This document shows positions 40,630-49,872 of a stretch of 64,000 nt of DNA, one piece after another; position 1 is the first letter of the stretch; each line of letters opens with the position of its first letter. The stretch lies in IMG/VR virus record IMGVR_UViG_3300025120_000019. The stretch is one strand, 5' to 3'. The DNA comes from a virus. Under the pieces are notes generated by a model, which saw nothing but the letters and a program-made list of their open reading frames with translations, had not been told where the DNA came from and did no database searches. A program made the position numbers and the translations under genes.

Positions 40630-41252
40630 TGATAATATATTGTGCGGCTGATCCTGTATACTTTGATCTTTATTTTGATTTATGGAATAAGCAATTAAAT
40701 AAATTTTATAATAATGATAAAGTAATTGCTTTATATAAACCAAGCAAAAGCTCATTACAAAAATGTAAAGATTACAAAGTAGAAAGTATAGATGTTACAC
40801 ATTTGCTTCCATCTAATCCAAAACGTGAACATTTCTATTTAATGCGTTGGCTAGGTTTACCCTACTACAAAAAAGTAAATATACTTTGTACACAAATAAA
40901 TTGTTTAGCAGTTAAGAAACAAAATTTTCCTAAAATTACTGTAGAACAGTGGCGTATACAAAGACAAAAAAGAGGATACTTAGGAGGAGTGTCAGCAAGT
41001 ATATTCACATCTAACGCCTCACAAAAAGTTGTAGAAAAAGCAAAAATAATGTTGACCAATCCACCTACAACAGATCACCTAATGAATATTTGGCAAATAG
41101 AAAATCTAACACAATATCAACACAAAAGTGAACAGCAACTTAAAACAGAAAACAAACAAGAATTAAAAGATTATACACATTGGATCACTGCTGGAACTAG
41201 TGCAGTGTATACAGCCCAACAAAAAATAAATGCACTGCTGAATAATATTTGA
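40629..41252 (+). CDS. Hypothetical protein (possibly degenerate glycosyltransferase-like)
   Basis: ~207 aa ORF coupled to gp4 stop; IYCAADPVYFD..Y..MRW; no firm family. Confidence 0.5.
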   Translation: MIIYCAADPVYFDLYFDLWNKQLNKFYNNDKVIALYKPSKSSLQKCKDYKVESIDVTHLLPSNPKREHFYLMRWLGLPYYKKVNILCTQINCLAVKKQNFPKITVEQWRIQRQKRGYLGGVSASIFTSNASQKVVEKAKIMLTNPPTTDHLMNIWQIENLTQYQHKSEQQLKTENKQELKDYTHWITAGTSAVYTAQQKINALLNNI

Positions 41253-41285
41253 CTAAATAATACTAGTATATAATGGATTACTTTT

Positions 41286-41771
41286 ATGACAAAAAAACTT
41301 GAAGACCTTTTAAATATTGCTGATACAGATACAACTAATACACCAGATAAAAAGGCAGAAACAGCAATTACAGAACAAAGCGACACGTTTCGTGACATAG
41401 CAGAGTTTGACAAAATTGCTAGTGCATTACCAGCTGTTAAAGGTTTAGGTCAAATGGCCGATGATGAATTAAATGAAGTAGCAGGAAAAGCCATGCAAGC
41501 TTATGATGATTTAATGGACTTAGGTATGAATGTAGAAAGTCGTTATAGTGGAAGAGTTTTTGAAGTAGCAGGTAATATGCTTAAAACTACGTTAGATGCA
41601 AAAGTTGCGAAAATAGATAAAAAATTAAAAATGATTGATTTGCAATTAAAAAAGGAAAAACTAGATAAAGATAGTGGAACATCTGAAGGAATAGTAAGTG
41701 GCGAAGGATATGTAGTCACTGATAGAAATAGTCTATTAGAAAGACTAAAAGGCCTTGATAAAGATAAATAA
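41286..41771 (+). CDS. Putative terminase small subunit (gp16-like)
   Basis: Helical; RVFEVAGNML and C-terminal DRNSLLERL; upstream of terminase large subunit. Confidence 0.5.
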   Translation: MTKKLEDLLNIADTDTTNTPDKKAETAITEQSDTFRDIAEFDKIASALPAVKGLGQMADDELNEVAGKAMQAYDDLMDLGMNVESRYSGRVFEVAGNMLKTTLDAKVAKIDKKLKMIDLQLKKEKLDKDSGTSEGIVSGEGYVVTDRNSLLERLKGLDKDK

Positions 41772-41798
41772 TACTATACATTAAATTAGGATGTTATA

Positions 41799-42359
41799 AT
41801 GAAAGAATTTGCTGATTATTTACAAGAGTCTAAAAAGACTTATGATTTTAAAATTGGAATAGCGGGTAATTTGCCTGATAATTGTGAAGATATGATAGAA
41901 AGATGCTTGCAGAAATTTGGTTGTACAAAAATGTCAGCAGGTAAAAAGACACCAATACAAGAACGTCCGTTAGATTTTCCACAGTTAGAAAATACAGAAG
42001 TACACTATTATGAAGTAACCTGTACATATCCAACCACTGTACAAGTATTACAAGAATATATTGGATCATGCTGTGATGTACCACAGAGTCATATTATTGT
42101 ACGTAATCCAAATGAACCTCAAGAATTATATCAGCAAGAAAAATCTGAAGAGGAATATACTGCAAAACTAACCCAGGAAGACATGGGCGGAGAATCAGCA
42201 CAACAAGACTCAGGTGTTAATAGAGTTATGGACTTGTTAAAAGAATTAGAAACTGCACGTAAAGAAAGAGATAACGACCCGTTAGATGGTGCTCCGCAAG
42301 GAGAAAGCAAAGACATTGGTGATGTAGAAAATACAAAAAGCACCATTGCAGGAGCATGA
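41799..42359 (+). CDS. Hypothetical protein, probable head-associated
   Basis: MKEFADYLQE N-terminus like T4-type protease-processed proteins; late motif at 41763. Confidence 0.55.
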   Translation: MKEFADYLQESKKTYDFKIGIAGNLPDNCEDMIERCLQKFGCTKMSAGKKTPIQERPLDFPQLENTEVHYYEVTCTYPTTVQVLQEYIGSCCDVPQSHIIVRNPNEPQELYQQEKSEEEYTAKLTQEDMGGESAQQDSGVNRVMDLLKELETARKERDNDPLDGAPQGESKDIGDVENTKSTIAGA

Positions 42360-42360
42360 T

Positions 42361-43383
42361 ATGAGAATAAAAGAAATTAATGAAAAGTCTAAAGGCTTAT
42401 ACTACAACGTAAACAAGCGTAAGAAAGCCGGCACAAGTAGAGATGCTGATCACCCAGATGCTCCTTCAAGCCAAGACTGGAAAAATGCCGCAAAGACAGC
42501 TAAAAAAGAAGCAATCGTAAGCGAAGCTGTACCAACAACATTTATTCCAACACACTATGGAGGACCTGGTGGTGGCAATATGATTATGCACGCCCCTGAT
42601 GGTAATCTTTACTTTCAAAAACCAAAAACTGGACGCGACGGAATGGCTGTCGGCGGTAAAGAAATAGTTAGATGGAATGGTAATCCTTCCGGCGAAGGAT
42701 TTTTTGGTAAATGGAACCCAGCAACAATAAAAGGTATTGTTAAAGGCGGAAGAAAAATTTCTTATCGTCAAGGAGAAAACTTTAAGAATGCACCTTCTAA
42801 TCAAGTAGGCAAAGCACCAGCACAAAGTTGGAAAAACCCAGATGCAAAACCAGCAGGAAAAGCAGGAACAAGTAACTTACTACGTAAAGGTAGTAGAGGC
42901 GCTGAAGTTAAAGCTATACAAGCACAGCTAGGTATTACCGCTGATGGTATCTTTGGAAGCGGTACTGAAAAAGCAGTAATGGACTTTCAAAAATCTGCAA
43001 TACTAAAAGGTAAGCCATTAAAAGTTGATGGTATTGTTGGACCAAATACTAGAGCCGCATTAAAATTGGCTAAAGTAAAACCAAAAGCAAGACCAACAGC
43101 TAAAGCTACGCAAGTAGATCCAGATGGAACAAAAGCATATGTTGATCAAGCACCAGATGCTAAACAGCTTGGATTAGTAAAACCTAGAGATTTAGATGCT
43201 ATAGATGCTGAAAGAGAGAAACAAGCACAAAAAGGCATTACAGATCCAGCCGCAAGAAGAGCCGCAGGATTAGCAGAACCAAATCCAAATAGACCAAAAG
43301 GTAGTACTGCACCTAGTAGACTAAGATTGCGTCAACGAGTGTTACCAGATGTTGACAGTTGGTTAAGTAAGTACGGGAGCTAA
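42361..43383 (+). CDS. Protein with peptidoglycan-binding (PG_binding_1) domain
   Basis: LRKGSRGAEVKAIQAQLGITADGIFGSGTEKAVMDFQ..LKVDGIVGPNTRAAL; start at ATG 42361 behind GGAG. Confidence 0.7.
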   Translation: MRIKEINEKSKGLYYNVNKRKKAGTSRDADHPDAPSSQDWKNAAKTAKKEAIVSEAVPTTFIPTHYGGPGGGNMIMHAPDGNLYFQKPKTGRDGMAVGGKEIVRWNGNPSGEGFFGKWNPATIKGIVKGGRKISYRQGENFKNAPSNQVGKAPAQSWKNPDAKPAGKAGTSNLLRKGSRGAEVKAIQAQLGITADGIFGSGTEKAVMDFQKSAILKGKPLKVDGIVGPNTRAALKLAKVKPKARPTAKATQVDPDGTKAYVDQAPDAKQLGLVKPRDLDAIDAEREKQAQKGITDPAARRAAGLAEPNPNRPKGSTAPSRLRLRQRVLPDVDSWLSKYGS

Positions 43384-43384
43384 T

Positions 43385-44977
43385 ATGATAATTAAAGAAA
43401 TCGCAATTAAAGAAAGCTTGCCAAAAGAGCAAATAGATGCGGCAAAACAAATGATTCAAACATTAAAAAATGCTTTGAAAATGTACCCCGACGATAAAGA
43501 ACTAGGTGCTGAAATGCAAAAAAGAATTGACGCCTTAGAAAAAGCTATCAGTGGAAATAAAGACAAAGACAAAGGTGGATTAGACGCCGCACCAAAGGCC
43601 GCACCAAAAGCCAAATGGAAAGCAGTTGTTCCTCAACCAAACGGGTATGGTCGTGAACAAGGTAAAGCAATTATTACAAATGGTAGTAAATATGCTAAAA
43701 TTGGTTTAACAAAACATAAAGGCAATTCCTCAGGACCTGGACAAGCTGATTTCGAACATTACAAAGGTAATAATGTGCAGTACGATCCAAAAAATAATAA
43801 ACTTGGTTTGCAAATGATGAATGCGTTACGCCTTAATGTTAATAATGTTGATTTAAGTGGACTTGATCAGAATTATTCAAAAATGACAGGTCCAGATGGC
43901 AATAACGAACTACCAACAGGACCAGGCGGTGACGAAGCACTACCAAAGAGTGAACCACAAGGCGATGGTGCTGGACAAGATAATAGCCCAAATACTGATG
44001 CTGAAAAAGATCAAGAACAAACAAGCGATATAAATCATTCTTCGATTGCACAAGTGTTGTATGATGCAGTAGACGGAATAGGCACAACAGAAGCCGATAT
44101 AATTTCGTCAATTGAACAAATACAAACACAAGCAGATTGGAATCAAGTCAGCGAAGCATTTAGAAGAATATTACTAGATGCCGCAACACTTGGTTCTACT
44201 AAAAGAAAGATTAGTAGACAATCTGCTCCGCTATGGACAAGAATTGATAGCGAATTAAATGATGATGATATAAAGCCTGTTATTGATCATTTAGAGGATA
44301 TGGGCATTGAATGGACTGTAGACACTACAAAAGCTACATCAAATGCAGAATCAATAAACAATAAGGAGAACACCATGAACGAAACCACAAACGAGTGCGG
44401 CATGGAAGGCACAGAAGGCATGGATATGGGCTCAGATGGAAAAGTTACAATATCCGGATCAGTTGATGATCTAATACGCATGATGCAATTGGCAGGAGCT
44501 TCTGGTGCAAAAGAAGTAGGACCAGATGACATAAGCCCACGTATGTCAATGGAGCCACAAGGGTCTCCATCTATGGGAGATATGATTCATATGATGTCAA
44601 CTGAAGATGAAGCAGAAGACTATGATGGTAATTTTCCTGATGCGTCAACTGAACCAGATGAAAAATATATGAATAATGTTAGTGCAAGTGTACCAGCTGG
44701 TAATGATTTGCACAAAGTTAAAAAGTCATATAAAGCAACATCAGGCGGTGATAACCCAATGAATACAGAAGCATCTATAAAAAATACACTGTTGAACGCA
44801 CTAGCTGAGAAAAAAGCAAAGCCAGACTTTCCTGATATAGATGGTGATGGTAATACAAAAGAACCAATGAAAAAAGCCGCAAAAGAAAAAGGCGACAAAA
44901 AAAGTTCAAAAGGTCTAAGTGCAAAACAAAAGAAATTACCAGCAGGCTTGCAGAAAGCTATTGCAGGCAAAAAGTAA
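43385..44977 (+). CDS. Mosaic low-complexity protein with annexin-like segment and DxDGDG motif
   Basis: AQVLYDAVDGIGTTEADII; PDIDGDGNTKEPMKKA; probable internal head protein. Confidence 0.55.
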   Translation: MIIKEIAIKESLPKEQIDAAKQMIQTLKNALKMYPDDKELGAEMQKRIDALEKAISGNKDKDKGGLDAAPKAAPKAKWKAVVPQPNGYGREQGKAIITNGSKYAKIGLTKHKGNSSGPGQADFEHYKGNNVQYDPKNNKLGLQMMNALRLNVNNVDLSGLDQNYSKMTGPDGNNELPTGPGGDEALPKSEPQGDGAGQDNSPNTDAEKDQEQTSDINHSSIAQVLYDAVDGIGTTEADIISSIEQIQTQADWNQVSEAFRRILLDAATLGSTKRKISRQSAPLWTRIDSELNDDDIKPVIDHLEDMGIEWTVDTTKATSNAESINNKENTMNETTNECGMEGTEGMDMGSDGKVTISGSVDDLIRMMQLAGASGAKEVGPDDISPRMSMEPQGSPSMGDMIHMMSTEDEAEDYDGNFPDASTEPDEKYMNNVSASVPAGNDLHKVKKSYKATSGGDNPMNTEASIKNTLLNALAEKKAKPDFPDIDGDGNTKEPMKKAAKEKGDKKSSKGLSAKQKKLPAGLQKAIAGKK

Positions 44978-45004
44978 CTAGTTAATCAATAATCCCCCAG
45001 ACTC

Positions 45005-45031
45005 AATAGCACTTACGGGTGCTATTTTTTT
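45005..45031 (+). terminator. Rho-independent terminator
   Basis: AATAGCAC-TTACGG-GTGCTATT then T-run. Confidence 0.8.
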
Positions 45032-45045
45032 GACTAAGTATTACT

Positions 45046-46632
45046 ATGAGTAAAAGTTTAGATGGTGTTTTAACCAAAAAAGCAAATCAGCAAGAAACAT
45101 ATACAAATGATCAAGTAGAAGATTTGATGAAGTGTATGGATCCTGAAACAGGCTATGTTTATTTTGCAAGTAAGTTTGCCTATATTCAACATCCTGTCGA
45201 GGGTAAACTATTATTTGATTCGTATGAATACCAAGATAGACTTATGCAAAGCTATCATAATCATAGGTTTAACATTAATATGATGCCAAGGCAAACAGGT
45301 AAAACAACTTGTGCCGCAATATATTTGTGTTGGTATGCTATGTTTAATCCTGATCAAACTATTCTAATTGCCGCACACAAATATACAGGTGCCCAAGAAA
45401 TTATGGCACGTATCAGATATGTATATGAACTTTGTCCTGATTATATAAGAGCAGGCGTAACCAGTTATAACAAAGGATCTGTTGAGTTTGAAAATGGATC
45501 AAGGATTATAAGTCAAACAACAACAGGAACAACAGGACGTGGTTTATCTATTTCATTATTATACTGTGACGAGTTTGCGTTTGTTATGCCTAATATTGCT
45601 GAAGAATTTTGGACTTCTATATCACCAACTCTAGCAACAGGTGGTCGAGCAATTATTACAAGTACACCAAATTCAGATGAAGATACATTTGCAACTATTT
45701 GGAAACAAGCTGAACAAAAGTTTGATGAAAATGGAAATGAGCGTGATGTAGGAATTAACGGATTTCATAGTTTTAGAAGCTATTGGGATGAACATCCGGA
45801 TAGAGATGAAAAATGGAAAGTTGATGAACTAGGGCGTATAGGTGAAGAAAAATTTAGAAGAGAATACGGTTGTGAATTTTTAGTATTTGATGAAACTTTA
45901 ATTAACAGCTTAAAACTTGCACAAATGGAAGGTGTAATACCTAAAATGAATATGGGTCAAGTACGTTGGTATAAAACTCCTGATCCAGACAAAAGTTATA
46001 CAGTAGCATTAGATCCATCTATGGGTACAGGAGGAGACTTTGCGGCTATACAAGTAGTAGAACTTCCTACATACGAACAAGTTGCCGAATGGCAACATAA
46101 TGTTACAGGTATCCCCGGGCAAATACGTGTAATGAAAGATATTTGCACATATATAGCAGAAACTTGTAGAAACGAAGGTGCAAATATTTACTGGAGTGTA
46201 GAAAATAATGGTATTGGAGAAGCGGCATTAATTGTTATACAGGATTTTGGGGAAGAAAATATACCAGGACTTTTTATTAGTGAACCTATTAGAAAAGGCC
46301 ATGTGAGGAAGTTTCGAAAAGGATTTAATACTACACATGGAAGCAAAACAAGTTCTTGTGCAAGATTAAAAACAATGGTTGAGAATGATAAATTAATTAT
46401 CCGAAGTAAACCATTAGTAAGTGAATTAAAAGCATTTGTATCAATAGGTAGTTCATTCAAAGCAAAGCCTGGCGCTACTGATGACTTAGTTAGTGCGTTG
46501 ATATTAACTCTACGGATTATAACTGTTATGAGAGATTGGAACCCAGATGTGTATAATACATTTACACAAGCCGAGGAAATAGGCGATTACGAAACTCCAA
46601 TGCCAATCTTTGTATCTAGCAATTATGGATAA
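45046..46632 (+). CDS. gp17: Terminase large subunit (T4 gp17-like)
   Basis: YEYQ adenine motif, PRQTGKT Walker A, LLYCDEFAF Walker B, ITSTPN, ALDPS..GGDF, VENN, DDLV nuclease motifs. Confidence 0.95.
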   Translation: MSKSLDGVLTKKANQQETYTNDQVEDLMKCMDPETGYVYFASKFAYIQHPVEGKLLFDSYEYQDRLMQSYHNHRFNINMMPRQTGKTTCAAIYLCWYAMFNPDQTILIAAHKYTGAQEIMARIRYVYELCPDYIRAGVTSYNKGSVEFENGSRIISQTTTGTTGRGLSISLLYCDEFAFVMPNIAEEFWTSISPTLATGGRAIITSTPNSDEDTFATIWKQAEQKFDENGNERDVGINGFHSFRSYWDEHPDRDEKWKVDELGRIGEEKFRREYGCEFLVFDETLINSLKLAQMEGVIPKMNMGQVRWYKTPDPDKSYTVALDPSMGTGGDFAAIQVVELPTYEQVAEWQHNVTGIPGQIRVMKDICTYIAETCRNEGANIYWSVENNGIGEAALIVIQDFGEENIPGLFISEPIRKGHVRKFRKGFNTTHGSKTSSCARLKTMVENDKLIIRSKPLVSELKAFVSIGSSFKAKPGATDDLVSALILTLRIITVMRDWNPDVYNTFTQAEEIGDYETPMPIFVSSNYG

Positions 46633-46643
46633 ATAATATTAAT

Positions 46644-48683
46644 ATGTTGAATTTAGATTTAATAGCAGAACAACTGTTCAATTCAGTTAAGAGTCGATTT
46701 TCTAACCTTGTAATAGGTGACGAAAATGGAGACATAACCAACACGCCAAAAGAAGCAAGATTTTTTGACTTTGATTTTGGAGTGCAAGAAAATACCTTAG
46801 GTAAAGTAAGTGTTAGCTTAGACGAAGATAGCGGAGTTACTATAATATACAATAAAGATATAATAGACGAAAACTACGGTATTGGTAAAGATAGTTGGTT
46901 TTCATTTTTAAAAGATATGAGACACTTTAGTAAAAAAAGGTTACTTAAATTTGAAGTAAGAGATGTTAATAGATCAAATTTACAAAAAAGAGACTACAAA
47001 TTTTTAGCAAATAATCGTCCTGGAGATAATACAATGTCAGAATCAAAAATGTATGGAACTCATAAAACAAGTTTCCAAAAAATTGGAAGTGCAAAACTTT
47101 CAATAAAACATAATGCATCATTAGGTGAAGACGAAAGCCGTAATAAAAAAATAGGCTTTATTTTTATTGAAAATAATGAAGGCGAAAAATTCAAGTATCC
47201 TTTTAAACATTTAAGCGGAGCAAGAGCTTTAGCTATGCACGTTTCAGAAGGCGGAAATCCATATGATGATTTTGGAAAGTATATTACAGGACTTAGTGAA
47301 GAACTTTCAAAATTAAGAAAATTTAATCAGTATTTAAATCGTAGTACAGTAATGGCAGAAACTTTGCAAGAATATACAGGCATTGTAAAAGACAGAACAG
47401 TTTCTATTAAAAAAGAAATACAAAATTTACAAAAACCAAATTACTATAAAGAAACATTTGAAAGCTTTTCACCAACAAATGTAAAAGATGTACCTGTTGA
47501 TGTTGCAGAAAATTGGATAGATCAGCTTACTATTAAACAATTTAACGAAGAACTTAAAGATGTATTTCCATACATATATAACCTAATAGGCGAAATGCAA
47601 ACTGTTTCAATTATGCCAGAGGATATTTTAGACGAGATAGATGATTCTATATGCGAAGATTGCGGAAATGCTAATTGGTCAGCAGTATCAGAAGAAAAGA
47701 AAAAAGGTTCACATGGCAAAGTATGTTGGAAAGGATATCGTAGAGGAAAAGGCAATAGCTGTCATAAAGTAAACGATTCCAAAAGTTACGATGAAGATTT
47801 AGAAAACTTTTTTGAAAAAATGATGGGTCAATTTAGTGAAACACAAACCTTATCAGAAAGATACATGACAGGATATAAAAATTATTTTTGTGAAGATTGC
47901 GGTTGCCAAATGCACGTAAGACAAGATGATTGTAATTGTAAACATGATTGTGATGACGAATCAGGTAGCTGGTGGAAGGATAAAAACGGAAACGGTGTTC
48001 CTGACATAATGGAAACAGAAGAAGGTAACGCATACGGTGACGCTGTAAGAAAAGCAAAGATGAAAGGCGCAACAAAAGGCGACAAGGTTGACCACCCAGA
48101 TTCAGATGAAGATGATATTGTAATTGAAAAAGATAAGACACCTATAGGCGAATATATAATGAGTCATTTTGACGTACAGACTGGACAATTTCCAAAAGGC
48201 GAAACAGCAGTATTAACAGCAATTGAAAAAGATTACGGCGAACAATACGTAAGAAACGCAAGTCGATTCATAGAACGTCTAGGCCATGCATTTGAAACAT
48301 ATAAAATGAGAATGAACGCAGGACTGGAAGAAGGAAGTTTTGATGACTTTGGTTTGAAAGATTTAGGTAAAGAACTCGATCAAGATAACGACGAGGCTGG
48401 ATTTAAAGAACCACCTATGTTTGATCAACTAGGAAAAGTTATAGATAGTCAAAGTAGTCCTAACCCTGTTAAAGCAGTGAAAACTGATGATGGGAAATCT
48501 CTTCCAGTTTCTGCACAACAAGCTAGAGTCTTAAGAATGATGGCAACAGCTCAAAACGTAAAACCAATGGTTAAGAGTAGATTCCTAAAAGACATACAAA
48601 CATCAAATGGCTTACATGATTTTTTAGATATTAAAGATTATCACGAAATGCCTAAAATGTTTATGACAAAATATTTAGGTTAA
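46644..48683 (+). CDS. Hypothetical phage protein with Cys-rich insertions
   Basis: 679 aa; late motif GATAAATA at 46628; CEDCG x2, CWKGY. Confidence 0.6.
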   Translation: MLNLDLIAEQLFNSVKSRFSNLVIGDENGDITNTPKEARFFDFDFGVQENTLGKVSVSLDEDSGVTIIYNKDIIDENYGIGKDSWFSFLKDMRHFSKKRLLKFEVRDVNRSNLQKRDYKFLANNRPGDNTMSESKMYGTHKTSFQKIGSAKLSIKHNASLGEDESRNKKIGFIFIENNEGEKFKYPFKHLSGARALAMHVSEGGNPYDDFGKYITGLSEELSKLRKFNQYLNRSTVMAETLQEYTGIVKDRTVSIKKEIQNLQKPNYYKETFESFSPTNVKDVPVDVAENWIDQLTIKQFNEELKDVFPYIYNLIGEMQTVSIMPEDILDEIDDSICEDCGNANWSAVSEEKKKGSHGKVCWKGYRRGKGNSCHKVNDSKSYDEDLENFFEKMMGQFSETQTLSERYMTGYKNYFCEDCGCQMHVRQDDCNCKHDCDDESGSWWKDKNGNGVPDIMETEEGNAYGDAVRKAKMKGATKGDKVDHPDSDEDDIVIEKDKTPIGEYIMSHFDVQTGQFPKGETAVLTAIEKDYGEQYVRNASRFIERLGHAFETYKMRMNAGLEEGSFDDFGLKDLGKELDQDNDEAGFKEPPMFDQLGKVIDSQSSPNPVKAVKTDDGKSLPVSAQQARVLRMMATAQNVKPMVKSRFLKDIQTSNGLHDFLDIKDYHEMPKMFMTKYLG

Positions 48684-48724
48684 CATATAACTTATTGTTT
48701 TTTCAAGAAAAATAAAAAAAACAG

Positions 48725-48753
48725 TTGACAAGATAAATAAAGTTGTGTAGTAT
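48725..48753 (+). promoter_or_regulatory. Sigma70 promoter with nested late motif upstream of gp32
   Basis: TTGACA-N17-TAGTAT; GATAAATA within the spacer. Confidence 0.7.
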
Positions 48754-48813
48754 ATAAACTGTGCTACACAATAAAGGCACAATGCATAGGCAAATTTATA
48801 AGGAGGCATAACT

Positions 48814-49794
48814 ATGGCATCATTAGCAGAAATACGAGCAAAGCTCAAAGAACAAGAAAATCGTACAGGTGGAAATAACACTGGTGGCGATAACGCAATT
48901 TACCCATTTTGGAATATGAAAGAAGGCGAGCAGGCAACCCTGCGTTTCTTGCCTGACGGAGATGATTCAAACACTTTCTTTTGGAAAGAGCGTTTGATGA
49001 TTAAACTTCCGTTTGCAGGAGTAAAAGGCGATACTGATTCTCGCCCAATTCAAGTACAAGTTCCGTGTATGGAAATGTATGGAGAATCATGTCCTATCTT
49101 AGGAGAAGTACGTGGATGGTTTAAAGATCCAAGTCTTGAAGATATGGGTCGTAAATATTGGAAAAAGCGTTCTTATGTTTTCCAAGGTTTTGTAACAGAA
49201 GATCCTCTTGGTGAGGATAAGCCAGAAAATCCAGTTAGACGTTTCATTATTGGACCACAAATCTTTCAACTTATTAAAGCGGCACTTATGGATCCAGATA
49301 TGGAAGAATTACCAACAGATTATACTGCTGGAGTTGACTTCCGTTTATCTAAAGGATCTAAAGGCGGATATGCTGACTACGGTGCAAGTAATTGGGCACG
49401 TAGAGAGCGACCACTAGGAGATGCAGAAATGAAAGCAATCGAAACAAATGGATTGTTTAATTTAAGCGACTTCTTGCCTAAGAAGCCCGAAGATGTTGGG
49501 GTTAAAGTTCTTACTGAGATGTTTGAAGCAAGTGTGGATGGCGAAGCATATGATGCAGAAAAATGGAGCCAATATTTTAGGCCCAGTGGAATGCAAGCAC
49601 GTACTGGTGATCCTAATAAAGCGGCACATACTAAACCTGCTCCAGTAGCAGAAACTCCGGCACCAGCACCAGTTGTTGAAGCAACAGAGCCAGTAGCAAC
49701 ACCTGCTCCTACTCCTACTCCTGCAACAGAACAAGCACCTGCTGAAGGCGGAGCCCAAGACATTCTTGCAATGATTAGAGCACGACAACAGTAA
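48814..49794 (+). CDS. gp32: Single-stranded DNA-binding protein (T4 gp32-like)
   Basis: ATLRFLP, C..YGESCP, YWKKRSY, G.DF...K..KGGYADY..S; Pro/Ala linker; precedes uvsX. Confidence 0.8.
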   Translation: MASLAEIRAKLKEQENRTGGNNTGGDNAIYPFWNMKEGEQATLRFLPDGDDSNTFFWKERLMIKLPFAGVKGDTDSRPIQVQVPCMEMYGESCPILGEVRGWFKDPSLEDMGRKYWKKRSYVFQGFVTEDPLGEDKPENPVRRFIIGPQIFQLIKAALMDPDMEELPTDYTAGVDFRLSKGSKGGYADYGASNWARRERPLGDAEMKAIETNGLFNLSDFLPKKPEDVGVKVLTEMFEASVDGEAYDAEKWSQYFRPSGMQARTGDPNKAAHTKPAPVAETPAPAPVVEATEPVATPAPTPTPATEQAPAEGGAQDILAMIRARQQ

Positions 49795-49872
49795 TTATTA
49801 ATTGGGAGTTCCGGCAAAAACCTCCGCACGGTAACCAGCGAGGTCTCCCTTTATTTCTACTTAGGAGAAAAT

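Noticed and set aside
49804-49849. c-di-GMP-I riboswitch (GCAAA..CCTCCG..AGCG resemblance)
   Set aside because: Too short; lacks the GNRA-tetraloop arm and receptor; kept only as an unclassified element
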